Positions 63,043 through 64,000 of a DNA stretch of 64,000 bases are shown here, in pieces (position 1 is the stretch's first letter; the number at the start of each line of letters is the position of its first letter). The notes under the pieces were generated by a model. The model worked only from the letters and a program-made list of their open reading frames with translations. It did no database searches and had not been told where the DNA came from. The DNA is from Amphiscolops sp. MND2022 (lineage: Eukaryota), in assembly GCA_964187785.1 (NCBI GenBank), contig OZ076411.1, forward strand, positions 67,828,001 to 67,892,000, given 5' to 3'. A program made the position numbers and the translations under genes.

Positions 63043-64000
63043 ATGGCTGCTGAAAATTTCAAAGAGCGGCTCGTCGAAATCACATGTAAGGGAAACATGG
63101 TGTACAGAGGATTGATCTCTACGGTTGATGAAGTTAACAATACTTTGACCTTATGTGCAGCACATCGAAATGGAAAAAATATGGTCAATTCTACTGCCTT
63201 GGTCATTAAAAAGGATGAAATAATAAATTTAAAGTTCTTAAGTGCTCTCTCTTTGGAAGAGTTACAGGCGAATACTTCCAGGAGTCACCAAGATAGCAGA
63301 ACTCCGAGAAAAACAGCGACAGGAGAATCAAAAGAAAACAATGATTGTTTTGAAATCGATGACTATGATGTCAATGAAGAATTTGATTTTGCTGGTAATC
63401 TCAAGTTATTCGATAAAGACGCTGAATCTCGAGAATTCGATCAACAAGAATACAGTTCATCGCCGCGAGCAAGAAATTCAAAAACTTCAACTTCATACCG
63501 AAAGGCTTGCACTCGCAGAAATCCAATGAATGCAACTTCCGGTTTTTCTAGAATCAGTTTTCCAGATCCAAATGGACCTCAAGGTTCAATGCACGGCCCA
63601 ACCCCTTCACAGCAAGTGCAACCAAACAATACTTGCCAAATTTATCGGTTACCAAAGGACGGATATGCTAACTTTAAATACGTTTTCAACAGGAATGCCG
63701 TTGAGTATGCTATACCAGCAGTCACGCCCGAATTTTGGTGGAACATCGTGGAAACTTTGCAAGATTTTGGATTCAACGTCGATAGAATTTGCGAATCTTT
63801 TGGAGCTCTGTGTGCACCCGTGCTGAAGTCGTATATTCAGCGCTCACTCCCCAGGAAGTGTGAGTCGATCATTGTTCTTTGTGGGCCACATTTGGTGGGC
63901 TCGGCTGGTATGTCCGTTGCCCGATACCTCTCTTTTATGCTTCCAAATGTCAACATTTCTTGTTTTTATTACTCCAACACTCGAAAGATGAAATTGGAAA
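63043..64000 (+). CDS. EDC3: Enhancer of mRNA-decapping protein 3, 5' part (runs off the window)
   Basis: A frame not in the supplied ORF track is open from ATG 63043 to the window end. It encodes an N-terminal LSm domain (MAAENFKERLVEITCKGNMVYRGLISTVDEVNNTLTL...NG), an FDF motif (EEFDFAGNLKLFDK) and the start of YjeF_N (IIVLCGPHLVGSAGMSVARYL), the domain order of animal EDC3. Confidence 0.9.
   Translation, partial: MAAENFKERLVEITCKGNMVYRGLISTVDEVNNTLTLCAAHRNGKNMVNSTALVIKKDEIINLKFLSALSLEELQANTSRSHQDSRTPRKTATGESKENNDCFEIDDYDVNEEFDFAGNLKLFDKDAESREFDQQEYSSSPRARNSKTSTSYRKACTRRNPMNATSGFSRISFPDPNGPQGSMHGPTPSQQVQPNNTCQIYRLPKDGYANFKYVFNRNAVEYAIPAVTPEFWWNIVETLQDFGFNVDRICESFGALCAPVLKSYIQRSLPRKCESIIVLCGPHLVGSAGMSVARYLSFMLPNVNISCFYYSNTRKMKLE

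Overview
This is eukaryotic (most likely invertebrate animal) genomic DNA, AT-rich and composed almost entirely of nested transposable elements. The only recognisable host gene is an EDC3 mRNA-decapping enhancer that starts at 63043 and runs off the window. Five LTR retroelements could be delimited by their LTRs and, for most, PBS/PPT and target-site duplications. A (3162-20141) is a Ty3/Gypsy element with 1.12-kb LTRs and a tandem duplication of its 5' end. B (2783-27557) is non-autonomous, and A sits inside its 5' LTR. C (28355-34245, minus) and D (37533-43045) are related Gypsy elements with the same PBS. E (53789-59170, minus) has very short LTRs. Also present are a dispersed HINE/DINE-1-like repeat family, several hAT- and Mutator-type MITEs, a decayed CR1/L2-like LINE and a ~1.1-kb tandem array built from internally deleted CRE-like retrotransposon pieces. 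Two observations stand out. First, element A carries between pol and its PPT an antisense, intron-containing gene of roughly 1,100-1,200 codons with a BED-type zinc finger and hAT-transposase-like motifs. Second, element E has no tRNA-type PBS; the PBS position is instead complementary to a sequence inside its own 5' LTR, as in Tf1-type self-priming. All alignments were done by eye, so family assignments need database confirmation.
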